Below are positions 22,303 through 32,613 of a stretch of 64,000 bases of DNA, piece by piece. Source of the stretch: a virus; the IMG/VR virus record IMGVR_UViG_3300021335_000003; one strand, given 5' to 3'. The translations under genes were made by a program, and so were the position numbers. The number at the start of each line of letters is the position of its first letter. Positions within the stretch are counted from its first letter, which is position 1. Below the pieces are notes generated by a model, which was given only the letters and a program-made list of their open reading frames with translations, did not search any database and was not told the DNA's origin.

Positions 22303-22905
22303 ATGGTTAATGAACAAAGTGGCGTACACATTGAAGGACACATAAAAATATACAATCCAGATTCTGGACATGTGTATATTAATAAACGTAATGCTATACA
22401 TTATGAAAACATGAGTATCAGTCTTGCTGAAAGTTTAGGTAATGCTGGAGAAGGATTCATATATGAAATGGGCTTTGGTAATGGAGGAACTAGTGTAGAT
22501 CCTACAGGTATTATCACATACCTAACACCAAACAGTACAGGTACAAATGCAAGTTTGTACAATCAAACATATTCTAAAGTTGTTGATGACCGTTCAGTCA
22601 ATAACGTAGATCCACAGCGTAATAAAATTGAAACACGCCACGTTACTGGTACAAATTATACCGATATTGTTGTAAGTGCATTGCTCGATTATGGTGAGCC
22701 TGATGGACAAGATGCATTTGATACTGCAACTGATACTGAACAGCAATTTGTATTTGACGAATTAGGACTTATTGGTTACTCACCAAACGGAACTGGTAGA
22801 TTACTAACACACGTTATTTTCCATCCTGTACAAAAGTCATTAAACAGATTAATTCAAATTGACTACACTGTAAGAGTACAAAGTTTAAGTGGAGGTAACA
22901 CTTAA
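22303..22905 (+). CDS. Conserved-looking baseplate/tail structural protein
   Basis: 200 aa with 'FDELGL...LLTHVIFHPVQKSLNRLIQIDYTVRVQ' ending typical of baseplate/fibre-attachment proteins; structural context. Confidence 0.6.
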   Translation: MVNEQSGVHIEGHIKIYNPDSGHVYINKRNAIHYENMSISLAESLGNAGEGFIYEMGFGNGGTSVDPTGIITYLTPNSTGTNASLYNQTYSKVVDDRSVNNVDPQRNKIETRHVTGTNYTDIVVSALLDYGEPDGQDAFDTATDTEQQFVFDELGLIGYSPNGTGRLLTHVIFHPVQKSLNRLIQIDYTVRVQSLSGGNT

Positions 22906-24923
22906 TGCCATATAATATTCCGTTCACAGATGAAGCAAACAAAGGCAATGTTACAGTAGAAGATCAAAGCATTAATACAGAAACAAGTATGAAGCTGCCG
23001 GGTCGTTTAACAACAGATTACGGACAAAGTGTAAATGAAAACTTTTTACATTTATTAGAAAACTTTGCTAATGCAAGTCCTCCTGCTAATCCAGTTGAAG
23101 GACAATTATGGTATGATACAACACAGAACGTTGATCAACTTAAAATTTATGATGGTACCAATTGGGTCGCAGCAGGCGGCCTAAAAAAAGGTCCATTTGA
23201 ACCTGATATATCAAATAGTGTTGCAGGAGATCTATGGGTTAATACAAGCACTAGCCAACTCTATCTTTACACTGGAAGTGGCTGGTTATTAGTTGGACCT
23301 AATTATAGTGATGGAAATAAAAGCGGCGCACTAGTCGAAGAAATTGTAGATACTGCAAGTGTAACTAGAACAGTTATTATAAATTATATTGAAGATATTC
23401 CTGTAACAATTTATACAAGATCTGAGTTTTCTCCAAAAACGCCTTTTGCAGGATATAACAGCACACTACCATTCAAAGTAGGAATTAATTTTAACAGAAA
23501 TCTTACTGATGCAAAATTTAATGGCACAGCAGATATTGCCGAAAACTTAAAGATAAGCGGAGCAAGCATTCCTGCATCAGATTTTATGAGAACCAATGTA
23601 GTAAATCAAGTAACAGAAAAATTGCAGATCAAAAGCAATCAAGGTGTTGAAATTGGATCAGCCAAAACATTAAGTCTTTTAGTAGAAGGAAACAATGGTA
23701 TTATTGAAAATACTATTCCTGGTGCTCCAATTGACGTCCGTGTTAATAACAATGGTACTTTTGTAGTGCCTATTCGTGTAAAGAGTAACACAAATGTTGG
23801 TATTAATAATTTAAATCCTTCAGAAAGTTTAGATGTAGTTGGTAATATTATTACAGATAGTAATATTAGAGTAAATGGTACCGATCAAAGTAACAATCCA
23901 ACAACAGGTTCATTAACTACAGCAGGAGGATTAGGTGTAACAAAAAATCTAAACGTTGGCGGTAATGCAACAATAGATGGTAATATAACACTTGCAAATC
24001 TACTTCCAGATCAAGCAAATGTTAGAAATATTGGTAGTAGTGTTTTACCTTTTGATACACTTTATGCAAACAGAATTACAGGTAATTTAACTGGTAATGT
24101 CACAGGTAATGTCAGTGGCACAGCAGGTAGCACAGGCAAATTAAATAGTACAACTACTTTTGCTATGACAGGACAAATTGTTAGTAGTAGTTTTGTATTT
24201 GATGGACAAACAGGCGGTAGTACAAAAACTTTTGGCACACAAGCGGCACCTGCTATTATTAGTGATCAAACTGCTGCAACAACCATCAATAGAACAGATG
24301 ACGAATTACTAGTTAATCAAGGAGGTGTGTTAGCAAAAGCAACTCCTGCACAACTAATTGGTAGTATTGATACAATGCCAGTAGGAACAATTATTATGTT
24401 TGGTGGTCCTGTTGCACCAGCTGGTTGGTTCATTTGCGACGGAGAAGAATACTCAGTTGTTACCTATTCAGACTTGGCAAGTGCAATTGGATTTGAAGCT
24501 GGTAATAGCAGCACATATTATTATGGAACTCCTACAACAGGTAATTTTAGAATTCCAGATTTAAGAGGACAACTTCCGCTAATGTCAACCGATTCAAGTT
24601 TGTCAGGAAGAGCGTTAGCATCAAATGCAATTACAACCGGTGGTTTAGGTAGCACAGATGGTAACACTGAAGTTACTATACAAGAAGAAAATCTACCTGA
24701 ACACAAACATGATTTGCAAGATGGCGATGACAATCAATACTATGCTGCAAGTTCTGCAACATATACTGGAGGAGATAGTGTTCCAAATGATGGCGATACA
24801 ACAGGTATTGGAACAAGATTAGAAACTAGTGGAGGAGTGCTTGGCTTACAAAACCTTCCAATTGATGTTACCAACCCGTATATTGCATTGAACTTTATTA
24901 TCTATCACGGAGTAACTTCATAA
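22905..24923 (+). CDS. Tail fibre/baseplate protein with tail-collar domain
   Basis: N-terminal 'ENFLHLLENFA...PVEGQLWYD' module and collar motif 'MPVGTIIMFGGPVAPAGWFICDG...FRIPDLRG' with 'NPYIALNFII' end. Confidence 0.8.
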   Translation: MPYNIPFTDEANKGNVTVEDQSINTETSMKLPGRLTTDYGQSVNENFLHLLENFANASPPANPVEGQLWYDTTQNVDQLKIYDGTNWVAAGGLKKGPFEPDISNSVAGDLWVNTSTSQLYLYTGSGWLLVGPNYSDGNKSGALVEEIVDTASVTRTVIINYIEDIPVTIYTRSEFSPKTPFAGYNSTLPFKVGINFNRNLTDAKFNGTADIAENLKISGASIPASDFMRTNVVNQVTEKLQIKSNQGVEIGSAKTLSLLVEGNNGIIENTIPGAPIDVRVNNNGTFVVPIRVKSNTNVGINNLNPSESLDVVGNIITDSNIRVNGTDQSNNPTTGSLTTAGGLGVTKNLNVGGNATIDGNITLANLLPDQANVRNIGSSVLPFDTLYANRITGNLTGNVTGNVSGTAGSTGKLNSTTTFAMTGQIVSSSFVFDGQTGGSTKTFGTQAAPAIISDQTAATTINRTDDELLVNQGGVLAKATPAQLIGSIDTMPVGTIIMFGGPVAPAGWFICDGEEYSVVTYSDLASAIGFEAGNSSTYYYGTPTTGNFRIPDLRGQLPLMSTDSSLSGRALASNAITTGGLGSTDGNTEVTIQEENLPEHKHDLQDGDDNQYYAASSATYTGGDSVPNDGDTTGIGTRLETSGGVLGLQNLPIDVTNPYIALNFIIYHGVTS

Positions 24924-26806
24924 TGGCCTATAAATTAAATAAAACAGACGGATCGTTATTAGTAGAATTAGTAGATGGAAGATTAGATACAACATCCGCT
25001 GATATTAGTCTTATAGGTAAAAACTATCAAGGATTTGGTGAAAGCATAAATGAAAACTTTATTAAAATGTTGGAAAACTTTTCTAACACAACTGCTCCTA
25101 GTAAGCCGATTAAAGGACAATTATGGTACGATACTTCAACAGGCAGATTAAAAGTTTATGACGGCATCACCTTTAGAAGTACAGATAGTACAATTTACAG
25201 TGCCACACAACCAGATGAATTAATCGAAGGCGATATTTGGATCGACGGTTCAAAAGATCAAGTATTCTTTTGGAATGGTACAGAAACAGTTTTAGTAGGT
25301 CCTGTATTTGATAAAACACAAGCAACAACTGGAGATGTTGTAGAAACAATTAAAGACACACTAGGGCAAAACAGAACAGTAGTAAAAAGATATATAAACG
25401 GAAGTTTAATAGGTATTGAAACAAAAGTAGCATTTACTCCTGCGCCTTCTATTCCAGGATTTGCAGATTTAGAAGTTGGTTTCAATATTAGTGCAAGTTT
25501 TAACACTTACAAATTTTTAGGCGCTGCTAATAGTGCCAAACAACTTATTGATGATTTTGGTAACGTATATGATCAAAGTAGTTTCTTAAGCACAAGTAAT
25601 AACAGTACAACAACAGGCAGCATCAGTATTAAAGATGACAACGGTTTATTCCTTGGTGACGATTTTGATTTAAACATCAGACAAGATGGCGCAGTTACAA
25701 ATTTGAAAATGCAAAAATCTAACCAAGATTTTAAAATTGCATTTGTAACTAATAATTTACAAGACAGTGTATATTTTGATGCAAGTGAAAAACGTGTAGG
25801 ATTTTTCCAAAGTTCGCTACCTGCATACACAGTTGATATTGCAGGCGACTTGCGTGTTACAGGTAACATTTTAGTTGAAGGTGATAGTGTAAGTTTAGAC
25901 GTTGCTAAATTACGTGTAGAGGATCACAGAATTGAACTTGCAATTCAAGATGATAGCACACTAATCAGTGAAGCAGATCTTGCAGGATTAGAAGCATTAA
26001 ATGGTCCTGCTGGCATTGTTGTAAGAGTTAGCGGTGATGATAAAGAATGGGCATTTTACACAGGTACAAATAGTTGGACAAGTAGCCACGATATATCACT
26101 TTTAAATGATAGTGATAGTTATTATGTAGGACTTAATGAAGTACTTTCAAGAGATACATTAGGTAGCACAGTTGAAAACAGTAGTCTTAGAACAGTTGGT
26201 AAATTAATTAATTTAACAGTTGGTCCTGCTGGCGGTGAAACAATGACCATCACAGAAGACACAATTTCAACCACTGCTGGTTTGCAAATTACCAGTGTTG
26301 ATCCAATTGAATTAACTAATGCTAAACAAATTAAAAATGTAGCAGATCCTACAGACAATGGCGATGTAACAAATAAAAAATATGTCGATGATGCGGTATT
26401 ATCTACACCTGTTGTTTTTGGAGTAGATATTACCGGCTTAGGCACAACTTATAATCCTGGAACATATGCAGATGGCACATGTGATGACGGTTTACTCGTT
26501 AATATAGCAACAATGTTAAGTGAAATATCGCCACCTACTACACAAAGAAATGGAACAGTTGCAAAAATACATGCATATTATTTTGAAGCTACAACAGACC
26601 CAATTGATGTACAATCTGGCATAACAAAAACACTTACTGCTGTTGATAGTGCCGGTGTGCAGAACGTAAATGTTGTAGGCGATTTTGCAATTAGTGATCC
26701 AACTGCAACAGTTACACTTACAGTAACAAGGCGTGTCATTACAATGACAATTAGTTCATCTCTATGGGATGTAAATGGAAGCACTATTGAGACATCAGCG
26801 GTATAA
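24923..26806 (+). CDS. Tail fibre-like protein (N-terminal paralog of the previous gene)
   Basis: 'LIGKNYQGFGESINENFIKMLENFS...PIKGQLWYD' and 'NVADPTDNGDVTNKKYVD' fibre motif. Confidence 0.75.
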   Translation: MAYKLNKTDGSLLVELVDGRLDTTSADISLIGKNYQGFGESINENFIKMLENFSNTTAPSKPIKGQLWYDTSTGRLKVYDGITFRSTDSTIYSATQPDELIEGDIWIDGSKDQVFFWNGTETVLVGPVFDKTQATTGDVVETIKDTLGQNRTVVKRYINGSLIGIETKVAFTPAPSIPGFADLEVGFNISASFNTYKFLGAANSAKQLIDDFGNVYDQSSFLSTSNNSTTTGSISIKDDNGLFLGDDFDLNIRQDGAVTNLKMQKSNQDFKIAFVTNNLQDSVYFDASEKRVGFFQSSLPAYTVDIAGDLRVTGNILVEGDSVSLDVAKLRVEDHRIELAIQDDSTLISEADLAGLEALNGPAGIVVRVSGDDKEWAFYTGTNSWTSSHDISLLNDSDSYYVGLNEVLSRDTLGSTVENSSLRTVGKLINLTVGPAGGETMTITEDTISTTAGLQITSVDPIELTNAKQIKNVADPTDNGDVTNKKYVDDAVLSTPVVFGVDITGLGTTYNPGTYADGTCDDGLLVNIATMLSEISPPTTQRNGTVAKIHAYYFEATTDPIDVQSGITKTLTAVDSAGVQNVNVVGDFAISDPTATVTLTVTRRVITMTISSSLWDVNGSTIETSAV

Positions 26807-26807
26807 C

Positions 26808-26816
26808 GATAAATAA
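26808..26816 (+). promoter_or_regulatory. Putative late promoter (GATAAATAA)
   Basis: TAAATA core in the intergenic gap, followed by a GAGG RBS. Confidence 0.55.
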
Positions 26817-26839
26817 CATAAGCACGAGGAACAACAATA

Positions 26840-28414
26840 ATGGCATATATTGTAAATAGATTTAACGGCACACAACTAACAGTTGTTGAGGACGGCACAA
26901 TTGATCAAACAACAGACATCAAGTTTGTTGGTAGAAATTACAGCGGTTACGGTGAAGTACAGAACGAAAATTATCTACATTTACTAGAAAATTTTAGCGG
27001 AACAACTGCACCTGTAAAAGCATTAGATGGACAAGTTTGGTACGATGCAAGTACAACCAAATTAAAATTTTACACAGGTAGTGCATGGAAAACAGCAGGC
27101 GGTACTGAAGTAAGTGCAACTGAACCAGTTGGCCTAGATGAAGGCGACCTTTGGTGGTCAAGCACAAGTAATCAGTTGTATGGTAAAACTGCCGGTGGTG
27201 AATTTATTCTTGTTGGTCCTCAGAGTGCTGGTAGTGGTACTACACAAATGCTTAGTGTTAATGTATTATCAGCACCAGATAACATAGAAAAAACTATTAT
27301 TGTTGCTTTAATTAATGATGTTGCCATTTACGTTATATCAAATGAAGAATTTACTCTTGCTACAACTCAACCTGCCGGAACACCTACACTTACCACAAGA
27401 TTTAATACAATCAAACGTGGTATTACTTTTATGAATACTCCAGCAGATGGTATTACAGAAAATGAAGAAGATATTGACGTATCTGGTTTAAGTAATGAAC
27501 CTATTATTTGGGGAACATCAAGCAACTCACTGAAACTAGGCGGATTTTCAGCTAATGATTTTATTGGTGCAGGAAATTTAAATTTTATTCCATCACAAGA
27601 TGCTGCTGCCGCTAAAGTACAATTTGCAGATATAGGTGTTACTATTGGAGATACAGACGATTTACTTCTTCATGTTCCGGACAGTGAAACACCGATTATT
27701 GCTAACCAAATTTCTAGTAAATTAAGATTTGCTGCAAAACTAAGCGGTGGTGGAGTGCAAAATATTTTACGCTTACAAGCTCAAGACACATTAAATCCTA
27801 TTTCTGGTATGTATCCAGAAACAACTGACGTATTTAATATTGGTAGTTCGACTGAAAGATTTGCAGAAATTCATGCTGCATCTTTTGTAGGTACTGCTAC
27901 TAAAGCAGGAACAGTTGATGTGGGCGGAACTGGCAGAAGTGCAAGTACAGCAGCATCACCAAATACTATTGCTGCAAGAGATAGCAATGGCGATTTGACA
28001 GCACGTTTCTTTAACGGAACTGCTACACAGGCACAGTATGCAGACTTAGCTGAAAAATACACTACCGAAATTGAACATCCGGTAGGAACTGTTATGACTG
28101 TATCCGCACAAAGATTTGTAGAAGAAGCAGATGTAAGTGCAGAAACAAGACCGTGTAGATCAAGTGATTTAGCAATTGGTGTTATCAGTGAAAATCCAGC
28201 ATACTTAATGAATGCAGATATTGACGGACAAGCTATTGCATTGAAAGGTCGTGTTCCAGTAAGATGCACAGGTATTGTTGAAAAAGGCACTCCTGTATAT
28301 GCATGGGAAGATGGCGTATGTACAACAACTGCAACTAGAGCACTTGTTGGTATTGCGTTAGAAACAAATACAAATCCAGAAGAAAAATTAGTAGAGTGTG
28401 TGCTGAAAGTATAA
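26840..28414 (+). CDS. Tail fibre-like protein with C-terminal intramolecular-chaperone/autocleavage (peptidase G2-like) domain
   Basis: Same N-terminal module as the two preceding genes. C-terminal 'YADLAEKY...IGVISENPAYLMN...IALKGRVPVRCTG...LVGIALE'. Confidence 0.75.
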   Translation: MAYIVNRFNGTQLTVVEDGTIDQTTDIKFVGRNYSGYGEVQNENYLHLLENFSGTTAPVKALDGQVWYDASTTKLKFYTGSAWKTAGGTEVSATEPVGLDEGDLWWSSTSNQLYGKTAGGEFILVGPQSAGSGTTQMLSVNVLSAPDNIEKTIIVALINDVAIYVISNEEFTLATTQPAGTPTLTTRFNTIKRGITFMNTPADGITENEEDIDVSGLSNEPIIWGTSSNSLKLGGFSANDFIGAGNLNFIPSQDAAAAKVQFADIGVTIGDTDDLLLHVPDSETPIIANQISSKLRFAAKLSGGGVQNILRLQAQDTLNPISGMYPETTDVFNIGSSTERFAEIHAASFVGTATKAGTVDVGGTGRSASTAASPNTIAARDSNGDLTARFFNGTATQAQYADLAEKYTTEIEHPVGTVMTVSAQRFVEEADVSAETRPCRSSDLAIGVISENPAYLMNADIDGQAIALKGRVPVRCTGIVEKGTPVYAWEDGVCTTTATRALVGIALETNTNPEEKLVECVLKV

Positions 28415-28418
28415 GTAC
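28410..28418 (+). promoter_or_regulatory. Possible late promoter variant (TATAAGTAC)
   Basis: One mismatch to the TAAATA core, at a gene boundary before a GGAG RBS. Confidence 0.35.
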
Positions 28419-28435
28419 TATAACGGAGATTAAGT

Positions 28436-29338
28436 ATGCCAGAAATAGTTTCAGCAGCAAGATACAATGAATTACAAGGTCGAATATCGGGTTTATTAGG
28501 AGTAGGAAACAGAGACAAAGGGTACAATCAGATAGTATCTTCTACAGGACAACCTTCTGAGACAGTGGTTCTTGCGTCACATATGAATTCTTTATACACT
28601 GACTTTGAAAAAGTTTATGTGCATATCAATGGAACAACTCCAACAACTATTTCTACTGTAACTAGCGACGATGATATAGAAGAAGTATTGTATGCTGCCT
28701 ATGAATCATTAATCACAACATTAGAAAACGATAGGTTTATACTACATCCTACACAAGCAACTGCTGAATCTGCAGGTGTAAATAGTATCAAAAATGGTTC
28801 AGCATCGCCTTGGGGTGGAACTGCAACACCGCAACAAATCAATCATACTATTGATGTTGGTTTTTCTAGTGCTAATGAACGTAGAGCATTTTTTAATGCT
28901 GGAGGACAAATACGTTTTGAAGCAAGTATTGATATTAGTTCAGTAGGCGGTGCCGATTTGGCAAAAAACCAAGCATGGGAAACAATGCTTGATAACAGTG
29001 GGCAAGTTCAGTTTGGTAGAGCTGCAACTGCTACAACTGGAAGCGGTACAGCATATACTATTGGTAACGAAGATTTAACAGATACCTATCAAAAAATATA
29101 TCTTAAAGAAGGCGACCCTAGCGGAACATATGCTGAAAATAATTGGTATGTAGAAGCAAAAAATAAAACAGATTCTACCATTACATTTAATATTGTTTTT
29201 TGGGACTTAGATGTAGGATCAGGCGGAGCCGATGAGTATGTTGCAGGAATTTTAACAAGTAGTGTATCGCATTTGCGAGCCTCAGGTACGTATGTTAGTA
29301 ATGATGCACCAGCATATGTTAAAACTAGCGAGTTATGA
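28436..29338 (+). CDS. Virion structural protein (tail-associated)
   Basis: Thr/Ser/Gly-rich; 'RAFFNAGGQIRF' motif shared with the next gene. Confidence 0.6.
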   Translation: MPEIVSAARYNELQGRISGLLGVGNRDKGYNQIVSSTGQPSETVVLASHMNSLYTDFEKVYVHINGTTPTTISTVTSDDDIEEVLYAAYESLITTLENDRFILHPTQATAESAGVNSIKNGSASPWGGTATPQQINHTIDVGFSSANERRAFFNAGGQIRFEASIDISSVGGADLAKNQAWETMLDNSGQVQFGRAATATTGSGTAYTIGNEDLTDTYQKIYLKEGDPSGTYAENNWYVEAKNKTDSTITFNIVFWDLDVGSGGADEYVAGILTSSVSHLRASGTYVSNDAPAYVKTSEL

Positions 29339-29367
29339 TTGACAAAGTAAATAAATCATACTATATT
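29339..29367 (+). promoter_or_regulatory. Sigma70-type promoter TTGACA-N17-TATATT
   Basis: -35 at 29339-29344, -10 at 29362-29367, followed by AAGGA RBS and ATG at 29385. Confidence 0.7.
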
Positions 29368-29384
29368 ATAAAAAAGGATATTAA

Positions 29385-30548
29385 ATGGCTCAATTTACTC
29401 CAATATTAGCATCTCATTATAATGCAATTAGAGAACTTGTGGCTGGTAGATTAGGCAGTGTGTCGGTGTATGTAGAGTATCCTAGTTTAACAACACCTTT
29501 AACAACAAGCGGTGGTTACGGAAGAAATTTTACAAGTGACGAAGTTGTAGGAGGAAGTACGCCTGGTGTAAGTGACATTGTTACTGAAGACCAACATTTT
29601 AATTTATGGTTAGATTTACAAGCAGGACATAACCATTGTTATGGAACACTAGCAACAGATATATCACCTACTGAATTTGAAGGTAAAACAACTTATCCTC
29701 TTGATGCCGATCAAAATAATAGAGATTTAATTGCATGGCAGCATAAACTAGATTTGGATACAATCGCCGACACTGTGTTGGCATTTAATCATGCAAGCAC
29801 CGAATTTCCTAGTAGCAGTTTTACAGGAGTAGAGCCATTAGAAACTACAGGCGGTGTTAGTACCAGCAGTACACGAACTACACAGTTTGGAGGTAGCTCT
29901 GATGCTGTAAAAGTAATTAGACATGACGTGACTGTAAATTTTGGTAGTCATAATAATTTAATTTATTATCTAGCAGCTGGTGGTGAAATACTTTTCCAGG
30001 CTAGTGCATCAGGAGGTAGTACAGGCACACCAAATACAAAAGATTGGGATTGGGCTCAAACACTATCAGGTGCTGGAACAGTAAGATTTAGACGTAGAAA
30101 TCAAACCACATGGGAATGTGAAGCTATTTCGCCAGGATCGGGGACTGGTTATAGTAATGCTACCATTGGTAGCGGTTCCACATGGACAAAAGTTTTTGAA
30201 AAATTTGGAGGTTCGACAGTTGGTGCTCCAAATATTGGCGATCCAACAGGTACAACTATATACGATGATAACGTTTTTAGGATATATGCTAGAACCAATA
30301 CTGCATTTGCAAGTGCAACACAATTACAATTTAGAATAGAAGTTGATGATGCCGATTTAGGTACAGGCGGCCAGACTGGGTATCCTGGAGAAACCGATAG
30401 AGGTACTTTGGTTGATGAAAGTGTAACAGCAAATATTACAAGTACAGTATTTACAAAGACACCAAACAGCACATTTGTTTATGACGGTGTAACCTATAAT
30501 GGTATTGTGTTAGAAACTCCAACAGGTGTAAAAAATTCCGACTTTTAA
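29385..30548 (+). CDS. Virion structural protein, paralog of 28436-29338
   Basis: Shared 'YN.(L/I)...(I/V).G.LG...GY', 'YYLAAGGEILF' and 'K(D/N)..W...L...G.V.F' motifs. Confidence 0.6.
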   Translation: MAQFTPILASHYNAIRELVAGRLGSVSVYVEYPSLTTPLTTSGGYGRNFTSDEVVGGSTPGVSDIVTEDQHFNLWLDLQAGHNHCYGTLATDISPTEFEGKTTYPLDADQNNRDLIAWQHKLDLDTIADTVLAFNHASTEFPSSSFTGVEPLETTGGVSTSSTRTTQFGGSSDAVKVIRHDVTVNFGSHNNLIYYLAAGGEILFQASASGGSTGTPNTKDWDWAQTLSGAGTVRFRRRNQTTWECEAISPGSGTGYSNATIGSGSTWTKVFEKFGGSTVGAPNIGDPTGTTIYDDNVFRIYARTNTAFASATQLQFRIEVDDADLGTGGQTGYPGETDRGTLVDESVTANITSTVFTKTPNSTFVYDGVTYNGIVLETPTGVKNSDF

Positions 30549-30577
30549 TTGACAATCGTAAAAAACTACTATATAAT
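30549..30577 (+). promoter_or_regulatory. Perfect sigma70 consensus promoter TTGACA-N17-TATAAT heading the enzyme cluster
   Basis: -35 at 30549-30554, -10 at 30572-30577, AGGAG RBS, ATG at 30599. Confidence 0.85.
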
Positions 30578-30598
30578 AATACTATATAGGAGAAATAC

Positions 30599-30946
30599 AT
30601 GGACGAACGTCTTCAAAAAGCACTTGATCATAGTAATTACATGGTTACACTTAACAATCAAAAAAGATTGTTAAAAGAACAATATCAAGAAAATTTAGTA
30701 TATTATTTTAACGGCGGGCAGTTCACAGTTACACAAGGATTGGTTAGTTTTTGTCAAAGTTTAGTTAGTCTAAATCAAGACGAAACTATTATAATTGATG
30801 ACAACGATTTGCCTATTGCAGTAGATGATTTAAAAAACTTTTTAAGTGAAATTGTTACCAAATACTTTGAAGCAGCAAATAGTTATCTTGTTGAATACAA
30901 TCAATTAAAGAAAAACAGAACTGTAGAAAGTGTTGTTAATTTATGA
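30599..30946 (+). CDS. Hypothetical protein (115 aa), first gene of the glycosyltransferase operon
   Basis: Good RBS; ATGA overlap with the next gene. Confidence 0.6.
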   Translation: MDERLQKALDHSNYMVTLNNQKRLLKEQYQENLVYYFNGGQFTVTQGLVSFCQSLVSLNQDETIIIDDNDLPIAVDDLKNFLSEIVTKYFEAANSYLVEYNQLKKNRTVESVVNL

Positions 30947-31776
30947 GCAAAGGTGTATTGTTATTTGCCAATAACAATGGAAGTATTGATTACGTAAAAC
31001 AAGCAGTATATTTGGCAAAACGGATTGAAAAGTATTTACAATTACCTGTTAGTTTAGTTACAAGTAACAAATTAACAAAAGAACAATCAAAGGTATTTGA
31101 CCAAATTATTCCATCTACTTTATCGGTAGCAAAAAGCAGTACTAAGCGTCATTGTGACGGCGATATGTATGATAAAATAACTAAATTTTATAATAACGAT
31201 AGAGCATCTGCATATGATTTAACTCCATATGAACAAACTATTGTTATGGATACAGATTTTATTATATCAAACAACTTATTGAATAATTGTTTTATACAAA
31301 ATAAAAACTTTTTAATTTACAAAGATGCTACGCATGTAGGAATACATACTGGTACTCCTGAATTCCAAAGGGTAAGCGATACTAGTATTGACTTTTACTG
31401 GGCAACAGTGTTCTTTTTTAGAAAATCTCAAGATACACAAATATTTTTTGATTTAATAAAACACATTCATGAAAATTATTTGCATTATCGAAGTATGTAT
31501 CAGTTTAGGACCACTGTGTTTAGAAATGATTTTGCATTTAGTATGGCAATACATATTATGAATGGTTATCAAACTGGCGAATTCGCAGGTACATTGCCTG
31601 GTAAAAAGTTTTATGCTATAGACAAAGATGTGTTAATTGATATAGTAGATGATGAAATTAAAATATTAGTTCAAAAAACAAACAGGTTTGGCGAATATAC
31701 TGCTGTAAAATTAAAAGGTAGTAATTGTCATGTAATGAATAAGTTTAGTTTGGAGAGAATTATTGAAAACAAATAA
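30943..31776 (+). CDS. GT-A fold glycosyltransferase-like protein (GT8-like)
   Basis: 'KGVLLFA.N...DY...A..LA..I' start and 'TPYEQTIVMDTDF' DxD motif. Confidence 0.65.
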   Translation: MSKGVLLFANNNGSIDYVKQAVYLAKRIEKYLQLPVSLVTSNKLTKEQSKVFDQIIPSTLSVAKSSTKRHCDGDMYDKITKFYNNDRASAYDLTPYEQTIVMDTDFIISNNLLNNCFIQNKNFLIYKDATHVGIHTGTPEFQRVSDTSIDFYWATVFFFRKSQDTQIFFDLIKHIHENYLHYRSMYQFRTTVFRNDFAFSMAIHIMNGYQTGEFAGTLPGKKFYAIDKDVLIDIVDDEIKILVQKTNRFGEYTAVKLKGSNCHVMNKFSLERIIENK

Positions 31777-32611
31777 TTTTACAATGCTGGCACAAAATAG
31801 TGATTTTGATTATGTAAGGCAAGCATACCTTGCAGCTATGAGTATCAAGGCAACAAACAATAACAGCAAAATTTGTTTAGTAACAAACGATCCAGTTCCT
31901 ACAAAGTATAAACAAGTATTCGATGACATTGTAGATATCCCTTGGGGCGATCATGCCGAAAATGAAAATTGGAAAGTTAGTAATCGTTGGAAAATTTATC
32001 ATGCAATTCCATATACTGAAACTGTTGTTATAGATACTGATATGCTTGTTTTAGACGATTTGTCTTTATGGTTTGATTTTCTGCAAAATTATGATCTATT
32101 TTATACTAGCACAGTGACCACATATAGAGGAGAACAAATTCCAAAAGACTCTCATTATAGAAAAATATTTTATAATTTTAATTTGCCTAATTTATATAAC
32201 GGATTTCATTATTTTAAAAAGAGTGACACAGCACATGAGTTTAATAATTGGTTAGAATTAATTACTAACAATTGGCAACAATTTTATATACAGGTTAATA
32301 ATTCCTTAAAACACCTACCACATCCTAGTATGGATATTACAGCAGCAATAGCAAGTTTAATAATGGATAATCAACATTTAATTACAAATAACAAAACTAG
32401 ATATCCAAGTTTTGTACATATGAAACCAAAAGTACAAAACTGGGTAGATAATTTTAGTTATAGATGGCAAGACAGAGTAGGTGTTTATTTAGATAATGAC
32501 CTCAAATTAAAAATCGGCAATTATCAACAAAATGGTATCTTCCATTACACTGAAAAAGATTTTGTTACAAGTAACATTGTAAAGAAATATGAAACATATT
32601 TAGGAATATAA
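31763..32611 (+). CDS. GT-A fold glycosyltransferase-like protein (GT8-like), paralog of the previous gene
   Basis: TTG start with GGAG RBS; 'PYTETVVIDTDMLVLDD' DxD motif; 'FVHMKP' and 'FHY' motifs. Confidence 0.65.
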   Translation: MKTNNFTMLAQNSDFDYVRQAYLAAMSIKATNNNSKICLVTNDPVPTKYKQVFDDIVDIPWGDHAENENWKVSNRWKIYHAIPYTETVVIDTDMLVLDDLSLWFDFLQNYDLFYTSTVTTYRGEQIPKDSHYRKIFYNFNLPNLYNGFHYFKKSDTAHEFNNWLELITNNWQQFYIQVNNSLKHLPHPSMDITAAIASLIMDNQHLITNNKTRYPSFVHMKPKVQNWVDNFSYRWQDRVGVYLDNDLKLKIGNYQQNGIFHYTEKDFVTSNIVKKYETYLGI

Positions 32612-32613
32612 CG

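Noticed and set aside
27871-28527. 218-aa minus-strand ORF and other short antisense or alternative-frame ORFs in the track
   Set aside because: They are shadows of well-supported genes on the opposite strand or frame, with no RBS or motif support.
9200-29179. DST motifs as substrates of a host Bacteroidetes O-glycosylation system
   Set aside because: That system acts on exported proteins, whereas virions assemble in the cytoplasm. The frequent GGAG/GAGG SD motifs also argue against a Bacteroidetes host.
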